Below, in pieces: positions 1 to 9,750 of a DNA stretch of 27,821 bases. This stretch comes from Armatimonadota bacterium (lineage in GTDB: Bacteria; Armatimonadota; Fimbriimonadia; Fimbriimonadales; GBS-DC). Where the stretch lies: assembly GCA_037445735.1 (NCBI GenBank), contig JBBIJY010000031.1, positions 1 through 27,821 of the forward strand, given 5' to 3'. The stretch's first letter is position 1; every line of letters begins with the position of its first letter. A program made the position numbers and the translations under genes. Under the pieces are notes generated by a model. It was not told the origin of the DNA. It saw only the letters and a program-made list of their open reading frames with translations, and did no database searches.

Positions 1-29
1 TGGCTTTGGGTGTGGCAGACATCAGCGAT

Positions 30-410
30 TTTTCGAACAGCCTCAGGGGTTGGGAAGGTGTTCGAAAATTCCAACTCCTCACCCCAGAGGGGAGGGGGAG
101 TTTATCAGCCCCTCTCCCCCGCAGGCGGGGGAGAGGGTACGGGTGAGGGGGCTTCACTCAGGTCGATATTATGCCCCGAATTTTCGAACAGCCTCAGGGG
201 AAGGAGGGTGTTCGAAAATTCCTTCCTTAAACCCATTCCCACCACACCCACACAAAAAACAACCCACCCACATTCACCAACTTCACCCTGTTCCACAACA
301 CCCACATCCCCTGCTCACGAACCCGCGCCGCATGCAACTCCTGTGGAGGTTGGCTTTTGTGTTTCAGGGTGGACGGGAGCCACCAAAATGAGGAATTTTC
401 GCACACTCCC
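30..410. repeat. Chain of short inverted-repeat-bounded units (GAGGSTGTTCGAAAATTC-like ends), possible MITE remnants
   Basis: Ends at 30-45 (TTTTCGAACAGCCTC), 54-71 (GAAGGTGTTCGAAAATTC), 178-195 (GAATTTTCGAACAGCCTC), 204-222 (GAGGGTGTTCGAAAATTCC) and 392-410 (GGAATTTTCGCACACTCCC). Pair 54-71/178-195 matches 16/18 as inverted repeats; pair 204-222/392-410 matches 16/19. Confidence 0.55.
76..151. repeat. BoxC/REP-like palindromic repeat
   Basis: CCCTCTCCCCCGCAGGCGGGGGAGAGGG-TACGGGTGAGGGG hairpin plus tail; the same family recurs at 8 or more other sites in the window. Confidence 0.85.
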
Positions 411-419
411 TATACCCCC

Positions 420-447
420 TTGACAGCGCACCCATCGGGTATACTCT
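420..447 (+). promoter_or_regulatory. Putative sigma-70 promoter of rpsO-pnp
   Basis: TTGACA 420-425; -10 candidates TATACT 440-445 (14-bp spacer) or TACTCT 442-447 (16-bp spacer). Confidence 0.55.
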
Positions 448-451
448 TGGC

Positions 452-537
452 GCGTATCGGAGGGCGCCTACGCTGTCATTTTGGGCAGGGGGTACAGCGC
501 CCGTTGCCCCAAATGACAGTGTATCCCTCCGATACGC
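452..537 (+). promoter_or_regulatory. Long 5'-leader hairpin upstream of rpsO (candidate cis-regulatory RNA)
   Basis: GCGTATCGGAGGG 452-464 pairs perfectly with CCCTCCGATACGC 525-537; TACGCTGTCATTT 469-481 pairs with AAATGACAGTGTA 511-523 (one G-U); further GGGCA/TGCCC stem. Confidence 0.6.
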
Positions 538-575
538 AATCGGCAAAACGCATGCGACGACGGAGGTATCAAACT

Positions 576-851
576 ATGCCGTTAACACCAGAGGAGAAGC
601 AGCAGATTATTGAAGCGTATCGGCGTCACGAAGGCGACACAGGTTCGCCCGAAGTGCAGATCGCGCTGCTTACGGCGCGAATCAACTATCTGACCGAGCA
701 TCTGAAAAAGCACCGCAAGGACTTCCACTCGCGGCGCGGGCTGGTGATGCTCGTCAATCAGCGGCGCCAGCTGCTCAACTATCTGGCGAAGCAGGACATC
801 CAGCGCTATCGCGCCCTGGTGGAGAAGCTGGGGCTGCGAGCGCAATATTGA
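576..851 (+). CDS. rpsO: 30S ribosomal protein S15
   Basis: [12 protein letters not shown]...[13 protein letters not shown]...[10 protein letters not shown]-like S15 signature; GGAGGT RBS at 562-567; directly upstream of pnp. Confidence 0.98.
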   Translation: MPLTPEEKQQIIEAYRRHEGDTGSPEVQIALLTARINYLTEHLKKHRKDFHSRRGLVMLVNQRRQLLNYLAKQDIQRYRALVEKLGLRAQY

Positions 852-866
852 CAGGGAGGTTAAATC

Positions 867-3155
867 ATGATGGACTACGGTTTTGTATCCGCCGAGATTG
901 GCGGACGCACGCTCTCGCTGGAGACAGGGCTGCTGGCACGCCAGGCGACCAGCGCGGTCGTCGTGCGCTACGGCGACACGGTGGTGCTGGTCACCGCCAC
1001 GATGAGCGCGCACGCCCGTACCGATATCGACTTCTTCCCGCTGGTGGTCGACTTCGAGGAGCGTAAATACGCCGTCGGGAAGATCCCGGGCGGCTTTGTG
1101 AAGCGGGGCGGACGCCCCTCCGACGAATCGATTGTGCAGGGGCGACTGGTCGATCGCGCCATTCGCCCGCTCTTCCCGAAAGGGATGCGCAACGAGGTGC
1201 AGGTGGTGGTGCTACCCCTCTCGGTCGATTTTGACCATCCGCCCGCCGTGCTGGGGCTGATCGGCGCGTCGGCGGCGCTCACCATCTCGCCCATCCCATG
1301 GAACGGACCCTTAGGCGCGGTGCGTGTCGGCTATGTGGACGGCGAGCTCGTCATCAATCCCACCAGCGACCTCACCGAGCGCTCCGCGCTCGAACTGGTG
1401 GTCGCCAGCCGACCCGACCATGTGATGATGATCGAAGCGGACGCCGATCAAATCCCCGAAGAGCTGATGATGCAGGCGATAGACCTCGCGCACGCGGAGA
1501 ACCAGAAGGTGATTGCGCTGATAGAGGAGTTGCGCCAGCAGGTGGGCAAGCCGAAGGCGGAACTGACCTTCTATCTGGTCAGCTCCGAGCTGAAGCAGGC
1601 GGTGCGCGACTTCGCGGGCGAGAGCCTGCGCGAAGCCATTCTGAACCCCGATAAGGTCGCCCGTGAAGCGGGGCTGCAGCAGCTCAAAGAGGAGATTGTC
1701 ACGCAGATGAACACCCCGCCCGACCCCGAATCGCCACCCCCCTACGAGGGGCGCGAGCTGGAGCTTTCGATGGCGGTCGATGAGGTCATCAAGGAGCAGG
1801 TGCGCCAGATGATCCTGGAGGAGGGTCGACGCCCTGATGGGCGCGCTCCGCACGAGATTCGCGAAATCCGCTGCGCCGTCGGCTTGCTACCCCGCACGCA
1901 TGGCAGCGGACTGTTCCAGCGCGGGCAAACCCAGGTGCTGACCACCTGCACGCTCGGCGCCCTGCAGGAAGCCCAGATTCTCGACGCGCTCACCGAAGAG
2001 GAGACCAAACGCTACATGCACTTCTACAACTTCCCGCCGTTCAGCGTCGGTGAAGTGCGCCCGATGCGTGGTCCGGGACGGCGCGAGATCGGGCACGGCA
2101 TGCTCGCCGAGCGCGCGCTGGCGCGCATGATCCCCTCCGAAGAGGAGTTCCCCTATGCCATCCTGCTCTACTCGGAGGTGCTGGAATCGAACGGTTCCAC
2201 CTCGATGGCAAGCGTGTGCGGCAGCACGCTGGCGCTGATGGACGCGGGTGTGCCCATCAAGGCGCCTGTCGCCGGCATCGCCACCGGACTGGTGTTCGAA
2301 AGCGAAGACCGCTATGTGCTGCTGACCGACATCCAGGGCATGGAGGACGCCTGTGGCGACATGGATTTCAAGGTGGCGGGCACGGAACAGGGCATCACCG
2401 CCATCCAGTTAGACCTCAAGATTCCCGGACTACCGCGCAATCTGATTGCCGAGACCCTGCAACGGGCGCGAGAGGCACGCCTGTTCATCCTGCAGAAGAT
2501 GCTGGAGGTCATCCCGGCGCCGCGACCCGAAATCTCGCCACGCGCCCCGCGAATCTTCATCATGGAGATTAATCCCGATAAGATTGGCGATGTGATCGGT
2601 CCGGGCGGGCGTACCATCAAGAAGATTACCGCCGAGACAGGTGCGCAGATCCAGATCGAGCAGACGGGCAAAATCTTTATCGCGGCGCCCGATGGCGAGT
2701 CGGGCGAGCGGGCTCGCCAGATGATCGAAGCGCTGACCAAAGAGGTGGCGGTCGGCGAGGTCTATCTGGGGCGTGTGACACGCCTGATGTCGCGCGGCGC
2801 GTTCGTGGAGGTGCTGCCCGGTAAGGAAGGTCTTGTTGAACTCCGCGATTTGACCGATCGGCGCATCAGTCGCCCTGACGAGGTGGTTAAGGTGGGCGAC
2901 ATGCTGCGCGTGCGCGTGAAGGAGATCGACAGCCTCGGGCGGGTCAATCTGACCGCGCGGGGGCTGGAACAGCCCCTCGAAACGCTCAGGAGCGGTGGTG
3001 GGAGCGAACCCCAGCGCGCCGCCACCGGCGGTCCGCCACCCGCGCGCCCACAGCGACCCGCGCCACCACGACCACCGCGCGAGGAACCGCGCAGGGAACG
3101 CAAACCGGAACCACCCGAAGACCTGCCCAAACCCCAGTTCCGACCGAAACGGTAA
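867..3155 (+). CDS. pnp: Polyribonucleotide nucleotidyltransferase (PNPase)
   Basis: Two RNase PH domains (GKIPGGFVKR, RREIGHG, ESNGSTSMASVC, DMDFKVAGT), KH domain (IGPGGRTIK), S1 domain and Pro/Arg-rich tail; RBS GGAGGT. Confidence 0.98.
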   Translation: MMDYGFVSAEIGGRTLSLETGLLARQATSAVVVRYGDTVVLVTATMSAHARTDIDFFPLVVDFEERKYAVGKIPGGFVKRGGRPSDESIVQGRLVDRAIRPLFPKGMRNEVQVVVLPLSVDFDHPPAVLGLIGASAALTISPIPWNGPLGAVRVGYVDGELVINPTSDLTERSALELVVASRPDHVMMIEADADQIPEELMMQAIDLAHAENQKVIALIEELRQQVGKPKAELTFYLVSSELKQAVRDFAGESLREAILNPDKVAREAGLQQLKEEIVTQMNTPPDPESPPPYEGRELELSMAVDEVIKEQVRQMILEEGRRPDGRAPHEIREIRCAVGLLPRTHGSGLFQRGQTQVLTTCTLGALQEAQILDALTEEETKRYMHFYNFPPFSVGEVRPMRGPGRREIGHGMLAERALARMIPSEEEFPYAILLYSEVLESNGSTSMASVCGSTLALMDAGVPIKAPVAGIATGLVFESEDRYVLLTDIQGMEDACGDMDFKVAGTEQGITAIQLDLKIPGLPRNLIAETLQRAREARLFILQKMLEVIPAPRPEISPRAPRIFIMEINPDKIGDVIGPGGRTIKKITAETGAQIQIEQTGKIFIAAPDGESGERARQMIEALTKEVAVGEVYLGRVTRLMSRGAFVEVLPGKEGLVELRDLTDRRISRPDEVVKVGDMLRVRVKEIDSLGRVNLTARGLEQPLETLRSGGGSEPQRAATGGPPPARPQRPAPPRPPREEPRRERKPEPPEDLPKPQFRPKR

Positions 3156-3165
3156 ACCGCCAGCA

Positions 3166-3250
3166 CCCTCTCCCCGCTGGGGAGCGGGTACGGGCGAAGG
3201 GCAACCCCCTCTCCCACAGCGTGGGAGAGGGGGCAAGGGGGTGAGGGGCA
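3166..3250. repeat. BoxC/REP-like repeat pair
   Basis: CCCTCTCCCCGCTGGGGAGCGGG and CCCCCTCTCCCACAGCGTGGGAGAGGGGG...GGTGAGGGG between pnp and glpX. Confidence 0.8.
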
Positions 3251-3282
3251 ATAAGCAACGATGCGAGGAGGTGAAGATAAAC

Positions 3283-4245
3283 ATGGATCGCAATCTCGGC
3301 ATGGACTTTGTTCGGGCGACGGAGGCGGCAGCGCTCAGCGCGGGGCGCTGGGTGGGCAAGGGCGACCGCCACGCCGTCGATCAGGCTGCCTGCGAAGCGA
3401 TGCGCCGCGCCCTCAACGATGTCGATATGCGCGGCGTCGTCGTGATTGGCGAAGGCGAGCGCGATGAAGCACCCATGCTCTATATCGGTGAGGAACTCGG
3501 CACGGGCAACGGCTACCGCGTGCAGATTGCCGTCGACCCCGTTGAAGGCACCAATCTGGTCGCCAACGGCATGCCCGGCGCCATCAGCGTGATTGCTGCC
3601 GCGATTGAGGGCGAGGGACGACTCCTGCACGCTCCCGACATCTATATGGATAAGCTCGTGGTGGGTCCCGCCGCCAAAGGCGCCGTGGACATCACGCTGC
3701 CGCCCCGCATGAATCTCAAAGTGATTGCCAAAAGTCTGGGCAAGGAGATTCAGGATTTGACGGTTGGCATGCTGGATCGCCCGCGCCATGAGCAGCTGGT
3801 TCGTGAGATTCGCTCGGCGGGCGCGCGCATTCGGCTGGTCTCCGATGGCGACCTCTCGCTGGCGCTGGAGGCGCTCGACCCCAACGGCGAGATCGATGTG
3901 CTGATGGGTATTGGTGGCGCGCCGGAAGGCGTGCTGTCGGCTGCCGCCGCGCTCTGTATGGGTGGCGAGATGCAGGCGCGGCTCGTGTTCCGCAACGAGC
4001 AGGAGCGCGAGCGTGCCCGCCAGCTGCTCGGCACCGACGATGTGGAGCGCGTGCTGACCCTTGAAGACCTGGCGTGGGGCAATGTGGTGTTCGTGGCGAC
4101 GGGCATCACGGGCGGCAACCTGCTCGGCGGCGTGCGCTACACCGGCTGGGGCGCCATCACCCACTCGGTCGTGATGCGCTCACGCAGCGGCACCATCCGC
4201 TGGCTCACCACCCACCACCACTTCCATCACGACCCACGCTATTGA
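3283..4245 (+). CDS. glpX: Class II fructose-1,6-bisphosphatase (FBPase/SBPase)
   Basis: RATEAAA, VVIGEGERDEAPMLYIGE, AVDPVEGT, APDIYMDKL, DRPRH, GIGGAPEGV motifs; start MDRNLG after GAGGAGGTG RBS. Confidence 0.96.
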   Translation: MDRNLGMDFVRATEAAALSAGRWVGKGDRHAVDQAACEAMRRALNDVDMRGVVVIGEGERDEAPMLYIGEELGTGNGYRVQIAVDPVEGTNLVANGMPGAISVIAAAIEGEGRLLHAPDIYMDKLVVGPAAKGAVDITLPPRMNLKVIAKSLGKEIQDLTVGMLDRPRHEQLVREIRSAGARIRLVSDGDLSLALEALDPNGEIDVLMGIGGAPEGVLSAAAALCMGGEMQARLVFRNEQERERARQLLGTDDVERVLTLEDLAWGNVVFVATGITGGNLLGGVRYTGWGAITHSVVMRSRSGTIRWLTTHHHFHHDPRY

Positions 4246-4252
4246 GAGAATA

Positions 4253-4326
4253 ACCCCTCACCCGGTACCCTCTCCCCCGCTGGGGGCGAGGGGCTTGGTT
4301 TCTCCCTCTCCCCTCTGGGGAGAAGG
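4253..4326. repeat. BoxC/REP-like composite repeat
   Basis: CCCCTCACCCGGTACCCTCTCCCCCGCTGGGGGCGAGGGG-CTTGGTTTCT-CCCTCTCCCCTCTGGGGAGAAGG; same linker as the copies at 22.9 kb and 26.3 kb. Confidence 0.85.
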
Positions 4327-4373
4327 CTGAATGCGTTCTCGCTCACTGGAGGGGAGCGGGTACTCTCGAATCG

Positions 4374-5072
4374 ATGCGGGCGCGCACGGGATTCACCCTG
4401 ATAGAGCTGCTGGTCGTGATCGCGATTATCGCCATTCTGGCGGCGTTGCTGTTTCCTGTGCTGGCGCAGGCGCGGGAGAGCGCGCGCCAGAGCGTATGCG
4501 GGCAGCACCTGAGCCAGATCGGGCAGGCGCTATGGCTCTACCTGCAGGATTACGACGACCGCCTGCCCGATCGGCGCGATTTGAAGCTGAGCCTGCCTGG
4601 CGGCTATCGCCCCTGGAGCGGCTGGCCGCCGTCCGACCCGCGCTGTGGCTGGGCGGCGCTGGTGCTGATGCCCTACGCGCACGAGATGGCTCTCTGGTCG
4701 TGCCCCAGTGTTCGCGGCAGCGCGCTGGGCGAAGCCGTGCAGGTGAAACAGCTCATCGACGCAAGTGCGCCTGAGCGCGCCACCCGCTACTGGATGTGGC
4801 GCTTTGACCGCCCCGACGATCCTGTTCCGCCCGACAACTTCTGGGGCAAGACGCCCGACCAGGCGGTTGCCGACCTGCAGGCGAACCCCAGCTCGCAGTA
4901 CGAGCCGCCCGCTGGCGTCAGCGATGTGGAGCTGGTCGTTGACCCCTACTTCCCGCGCACCATCAGCAGCATCCCTGCGGAGCTGCGAGGCAAAGCGGTG
5001 CATCGGGGCGGGCGCAATCGCCTCTTTCTGGACGGGCATATCCGCTGGCGACGCGACATCCGCACCGATTGA
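4374..5072 (+). CDS. Prepilin-type N-terminal cleavage/methylation protein with C-terminal H-X9-DG motif (DUF1559-like)
   Basis: [34 protein letters not shown]-terminus; [13 protein letters not shown] at the C-terminus. Confidence 0.92.
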   Translation: MRARTGFTLIELLVVIAIIAILAALLFPVLAQARESARQSVCGQHLSQIGQALWLYLQDYDDRLPDRRDLKLSLPGGYRPWSGWPPSDPRCGWAALVLMPYAHEMALWSCPSVRGSALGEAVQVKQLIDASAPERATRYWMWRFDRPDDPVPPDNFWGKTPDQAVADLQANPSSQYEPPAGVSDVELVVDPYFPRTISSIPAELRGKAVHRGGRNRLFLDGHIRWRRDIRTD

Positions 5073-5079
5073 ACGCCGT

Positions 5080-5787
5080 CTAACGCTGGAACAGCCCCAG
5101 CTGCGCCGCCAGCCCGATGGCGCCGAACACCACCGCCAGCGCAATCACCACAAAGCCGCCCAGCACCGAGCCGCGCACAATCGCAATCACGCCACACAGA
5201 AAGGCGAGCGGCGCCAGGCACGGCGGGCACAGACCACCCAGCACCGATAGCAGAAGCCCCATCACCACCCAGCCCGTGCCGTTGCTGCTGGCGGCGGTCG
5301 GCGGCAGCACCACATGCGCGGGTGGCGTGCCGGCGGGCGGCAGTGAAGTGCCTCCCGATGGATAGGGCGAGCCAGCGGGCGATGGCGAGGGGCTGCCAGA
5401 AGGGTAAGGCGTGCCCACGGGCGATGGGGGCAGCTGACCCAGCGCGCGGCGCAAGCCGTCCGCCGCCACCTGCGCCGCCGTCAGCGTCGGATCCAGACGC
5501 GCCGCCTGCTCATACGCCCGTATCGCCTCCGGATAGCGACCCTGCTGATGCAAAAACGCGCCCCAGTTGTAAAATGCATAGGCATCGCCCGGATTACAGC
5601 GCAGCGCGTCCAGAAAGTGGCGTTCGGCGCGAGCTATATCGCCCTGCGACGCCAGTGCAATCGCCAGACAGAGATGCAGATGCCCATCCTGCGGGTTCAT
5701 CCGCAACGCCCGCTCCAGCAGCGGGATCGCGTCCGCATAGCGCCGCTGATAGAACAGCTCGCGCCCTATCTCGCCCGGATCACGCAT
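5080..5787 (-). CDS. TPR-repeat protein with Pro-rich linker and C-terminal membrane helices
   Basis: About 3 TPRs (YADAIPLLERAL, AERHFLDAL, YPEAIRAYEQAA), Pro/Ser linker and two or three hydrophobic segments; starts 5 nt after the metK stop. Confidence 0.8.
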   Translation of the reverse strand: MRDPGEIGRELFYQRRYADAIPLLERALRMNPQDGHLHLCLAIALASQGDIARAERHFLDALRCNPGDAYAFYNWGAFLHQQGRYPEAIRAYEQAARLDPTLTAAQVAADGLRRALGQLPPSPVGTPYPSGSPSPSPAGSPYPSGGTSLPPAGTPPAHVVLPPTAASSNGTGWVVMGLLLSVLGGLCPPCLAPLAFLCGVIAIVRGSVLGGFVVIALAVVFGAIGLAAQLGLFQR

Positions 5788-5792
5788 TCATC

Positions 5793-6929
5793 TCACAGCA
5801 GGTCGGCGAACACGGGCACCGAATCGCGCTGCTCCCACCGAAAGGCAGGGTTGCCAAAGTGCCCGTTCTTCGCCGTCGGCAAATATTGCGGCTTCTGCAA
5901 ATCGAGGAACTGGATAATCCCGCGCGGGCTGAGATCGAAGTTGTCCCGAATGCGACGCTCAATCTTTTCGGGGTCGACGCGGTGCGTGCCGAAGGTCTCA
6001 ATCATGAGGGAGACGGGCTGCGCCACACCAATCGCGTAGGAGATTTGCAGCTCCACCTTCTCGCACAGCCCCGCCGCCACGATGTTCTTGGCGAGATAGC
6101 GTGCCATATAGGTGGCGGAACGGTCCACTTTGGTGGGGTCTTTGCCCGAAAACGCGCCGCCCCCGTGTCGGCAATAGCCACCGTAGGTGTCCACAATAAT
6201 CTTGCGCCCCGTGACGCCCGTGTCCGCCTGTGGACCGCCAATCACGAACACCCCCGTCGGGTTCACATAGTAGTGCTTCACATTGATGTCCACCCGATCG
6301 GCGAATCGGCTCAGCACGGGCTGAATCACGAACTCGATCACGCGCTCGCGCACCTCTGTGTGGGTGATGTCGGGGTCGTGCTGAGCGGAAATGACCACCG
6401 TCTCGATGGCTTTGGGCACGCCCTTCTCGTAGACGACGGTGACCTGCGATTTGCCGTCCGGGCGGAAGCCCAGGTCGGGTCGGGCGCGGCGCACCTCCGC
6501 TAACTGGCGCGTGAGCGCATGGGCAATCGTGATGGGCAGCGGCATCAGTTCAGGCGTCTCGGTGCAGGCGAAGCCGAACATCATGCCCTGATCGCCCGCG
6601 CCGCCGACATCCACGCCCTGCCCGATGTTGGGCGACTGCTCCTGAATGGCGACCATCACGCCACAGGTGTCGCCCTCGAAGCCGTACTCGCTTCTGGTGT
6701 AGCCGACCTCATTAATCACGCGCCGCACCACATCGGGGATTTCAACATAGGCGTGCGTGGTAATCTCGCCTGCCACAACCGCCAGCCCGCGTGTGAGCAA
6801 TGTCTCCACCGCCACGCGCGACTGCGAATCCTGCGCCAGGCACTCATCCAGCACCGCATCGCTGATCTGATCCGCCAGCTTATCCGGGTGACCTTCCGTC
6901 ACGCTCTCCGAAGTGAATAGCTGTACCAT
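5793..6929 (-). CDS. metK: S-adenosylmethionine synthetase
   Basis: [51 protein letters not shown] before MVQLF. Confidence 0.98.
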   Translation of the reverse strand: MVQLFTSESVTEGHPDKLADQISDAVLDECLAQDSQSRVAVETLLTRGLAVVAGEITTHAYVEIPDVVRRVINEVGYTRSEYGFEGDTCGVMVAIQEQSPNIGQGVDVGGAGDQGMMFGFACTETPELMPLPITIAHALTRQLAEVRRARPDLGFRPDGKSQVTVVYEKGVPKAIETVVISAQHDPDITHTEVRERVIEFVIQPVLSRFADRVDINVKHYYVNPTGVFVIGGPQADTGVTGRKIIVDTYGGYCRHGGGAFSGKDPTKVDRSATYMARYLAKNIVAAGLCEKVELQISYAIGVAQPVSLMIETFGTHRVDPEKIERRIRDNFDLSPRGIIQFLDLQKPQYLPTAKNGHFGNPAFRWEQRDSVPVFADLL

Positions 6930-7009
6930 GCGTCTCCTCCTCAGGCTCAAAATGCTTACCCCGAAAGTATACCCCGCCTGTGGGCAGGAGGCGGTTCCGC
7001 GGCGCCTCA

Positions 7010-8110
7010 TCAGAACCGCTCTGGCGCGAACGGTTCAATCGGCAACGGGGTGGAGCCGTTCAGCACAAGGTCAGCAATAGCCACGGCGGTTGCAGGCGCC
7101 AGCAGGATGCCGTGATAGGCGTGCCCACTCGCCAGGTAGAGACCTTCCAGACCGCTCAGCGCACCAATCAGCGGGTTCGAATCGGGGGTGCCCGGTCGCA
7201 AGCCAACCGTGTACCCCGTCATCGTGGCGCTCAGCAGCATCGGGCACAGCTGAGCCAGTGCCTCCAGTAGCTGGCGCGCTCCCGCTGCCGTGGCTCGTAC
7301 ATCGAAACCTGCCTGCTCGCGCGTTGCGCCCATTAGCACCGTGCCGTCCCCGCGTGGTACCAGATAGCCCGAAGGCGACACCACGATGTGGTGCAGCAGG
7401 TACGGCGCATCGCTCAGCACCAGAATCTGCCCTCGCACGGGTTCAATCGGCAGGTGAACGCCGAGTGTCTGCAGCAGGGTGCCTGTCCATGCGCCCGCCG
7501 CTATCACCACCGCGTCGCCCGATAGCACCCCGTTCGCCGTGCGCACGCCCCGCACACGCCCGCCCTCCTGCACGAAGCCCAGCACGGGCTGACCTCTGTG
7601 GAACTCCGCGCCCGCCTGGATCACCGCAGCGTGCAGGGCGCGCATCAGTCGCTCCGTGTGCACGCGCCCTTCGTTCGGCAGCCAGAGCGCGAGCCGACAG
7701 GTTTCGGGCAGCGCTGGCTCCCGCTCGCGCGCCGTGCGGGCATTTAGCAGCTCTGCCTGCGGCTCGTGGCGAGCCACCCACTCGCAAAGCGTCTGCAGGC
7801 GCCGGGCGTCCGAATCGGTGAGCGCAACACGCAGCGTGCCACAGCGACGCCAGCCGATGTCGATGCCGACCGCCGCCTGCAGGCGTTGCGCCCATTCGGG
7901 ATAAAGGTTCAGGCTGTGCAGCATGAAGGGCAGTGCGGGGGTTTCGCCCTCGGTCAGGCTGAAGGGATTGACCATCCCGGCGGAGGCGCGGGAGGTCTGC
8001 CCGCCGCTGGCAAGGCTCTCCAGCAGCGCGACGGTCGCCCCGCGCGTGCGCAACTCCAGCGCGACCGATGCGCCAATCACGCCCGCGCCCACCACCAGCA
8101 CCCGCATCAC
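7010..8110 (-). CDS. thiO: Glycine oxidase ThiO / FAD-dependent D-amino-acid oxidase family
   Basis: GAGVIG Rossmann motif, [31 protein letters not shown]; immediately downstream of thiS. Start is GTG 8110 or ATG 8107. Confidence 0.88.
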   Translation of the reverse strand: MMRVLVVGAGVIGASVALELRTRGATVALLESLASGGQTSRASAGMVNPFSLTEGETPALPFMLHSLNLYPEWAQRLQAAVGIDIGWRRCGTLRVALTDSDARRLQTLCEWVARHEPQAELLNARTAREREPALPETCRLALWLPNEGRVHTERLMRALHAAVIQAGAEFHRGQPVLGFVQEGGRVRGVRTANGVLSGDAVVIAAGAWTGTLLQTLGVHLPIEPVRGQILVLSDAPYLLHHIVVSPSGYLVPRGDGTVLMGATREQAGFDVRATAAGARQLLEALAQLCPMLLSATMTGYTVGLRPGTPDSNPLIGALSGLEGLYLASGHAYHGILLAPATAVAIADLVLNGSTPLPIEPFAPERF

Positions 8111-8311
8111 CTATCCCCCCGCCACCATCTGCACAATTTCCAGCGTGTCGCCCTCGCGCAGAACAATCTCGCCGTACCGCTCGCGCGGCACAATCTGGGC
8201 GTTATGCTCCACCACGACCATGCGGGGATCCAGCCCGCGCTCCTGAAGCAGTTGCAGAAGGGTGATGGCTTCGGGCAGGTCGCGCTCCTTGCCGTTGATG
8301 CGCACTCGCAT
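8111..8311 (-). CDS. thiS: Sulfur carrier protein ThiS
   Basis: 66 aa, MRVRINGKER...VVVEHNAQIV...GDTLEIVQMVAGG with C-terminal GG. Confidence 0.93.
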   Translation of the reverse strand: MRVRINGKERDLPEAITLLQLLQERGLDPRMVVVEHNAQIVPRERYGEIVLREGDTLEIVQMVAGG

Positions 8312-8479
8312 AGCATGGGGATTATACCGAAAGCACCTCCGCTCATCCCGCTCCTGCAATCGTCCCCGTGCCCAGCCTGCTTGCAACGGTCGTTGCCCGC
8401 CGAAGCCCGTTTCATCGGCTGGCGCATTGCTGCGTCGATGCCCGTGTTCGTTGTGGAGCCGTTTGATTAGCAACGGCTT

Positions 8480-9673
<1,194 letters not shown>

Positions 9674-9750
9674 AGACTTTCACCTCGTTCGAGTAAGACA
9701 CCTGTTGAGCGCAGGGGCAGTGGCGAACTCGCCCGCTGTGATCCGCTCAC

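Noticed and set aside
10-423. ORFs 10-423, 50-391 and 105-305
   Set aside because: Products of repeats and a low-complexity tract, with no protein-like features.
6930-7009. SAM riboswitch upstream of metK
   Set aside because: The predicted 5' UTR is about 30 nt and shows no recognisable SAM-I, SAM-II or SAM-SAH core.
8205-8218. Spacer similarity to thiS (13/14 nt)
   Set aside because: Too short, outside the seed, and expected by chance in a window this size.
8312-8479. TPP riboswitch upstream of thiS-thiO
   Set aside because: No CTGAGA or other TPP core motifs on the minus strand, and the -10 box lies only 9 nt before the thiS ATG.
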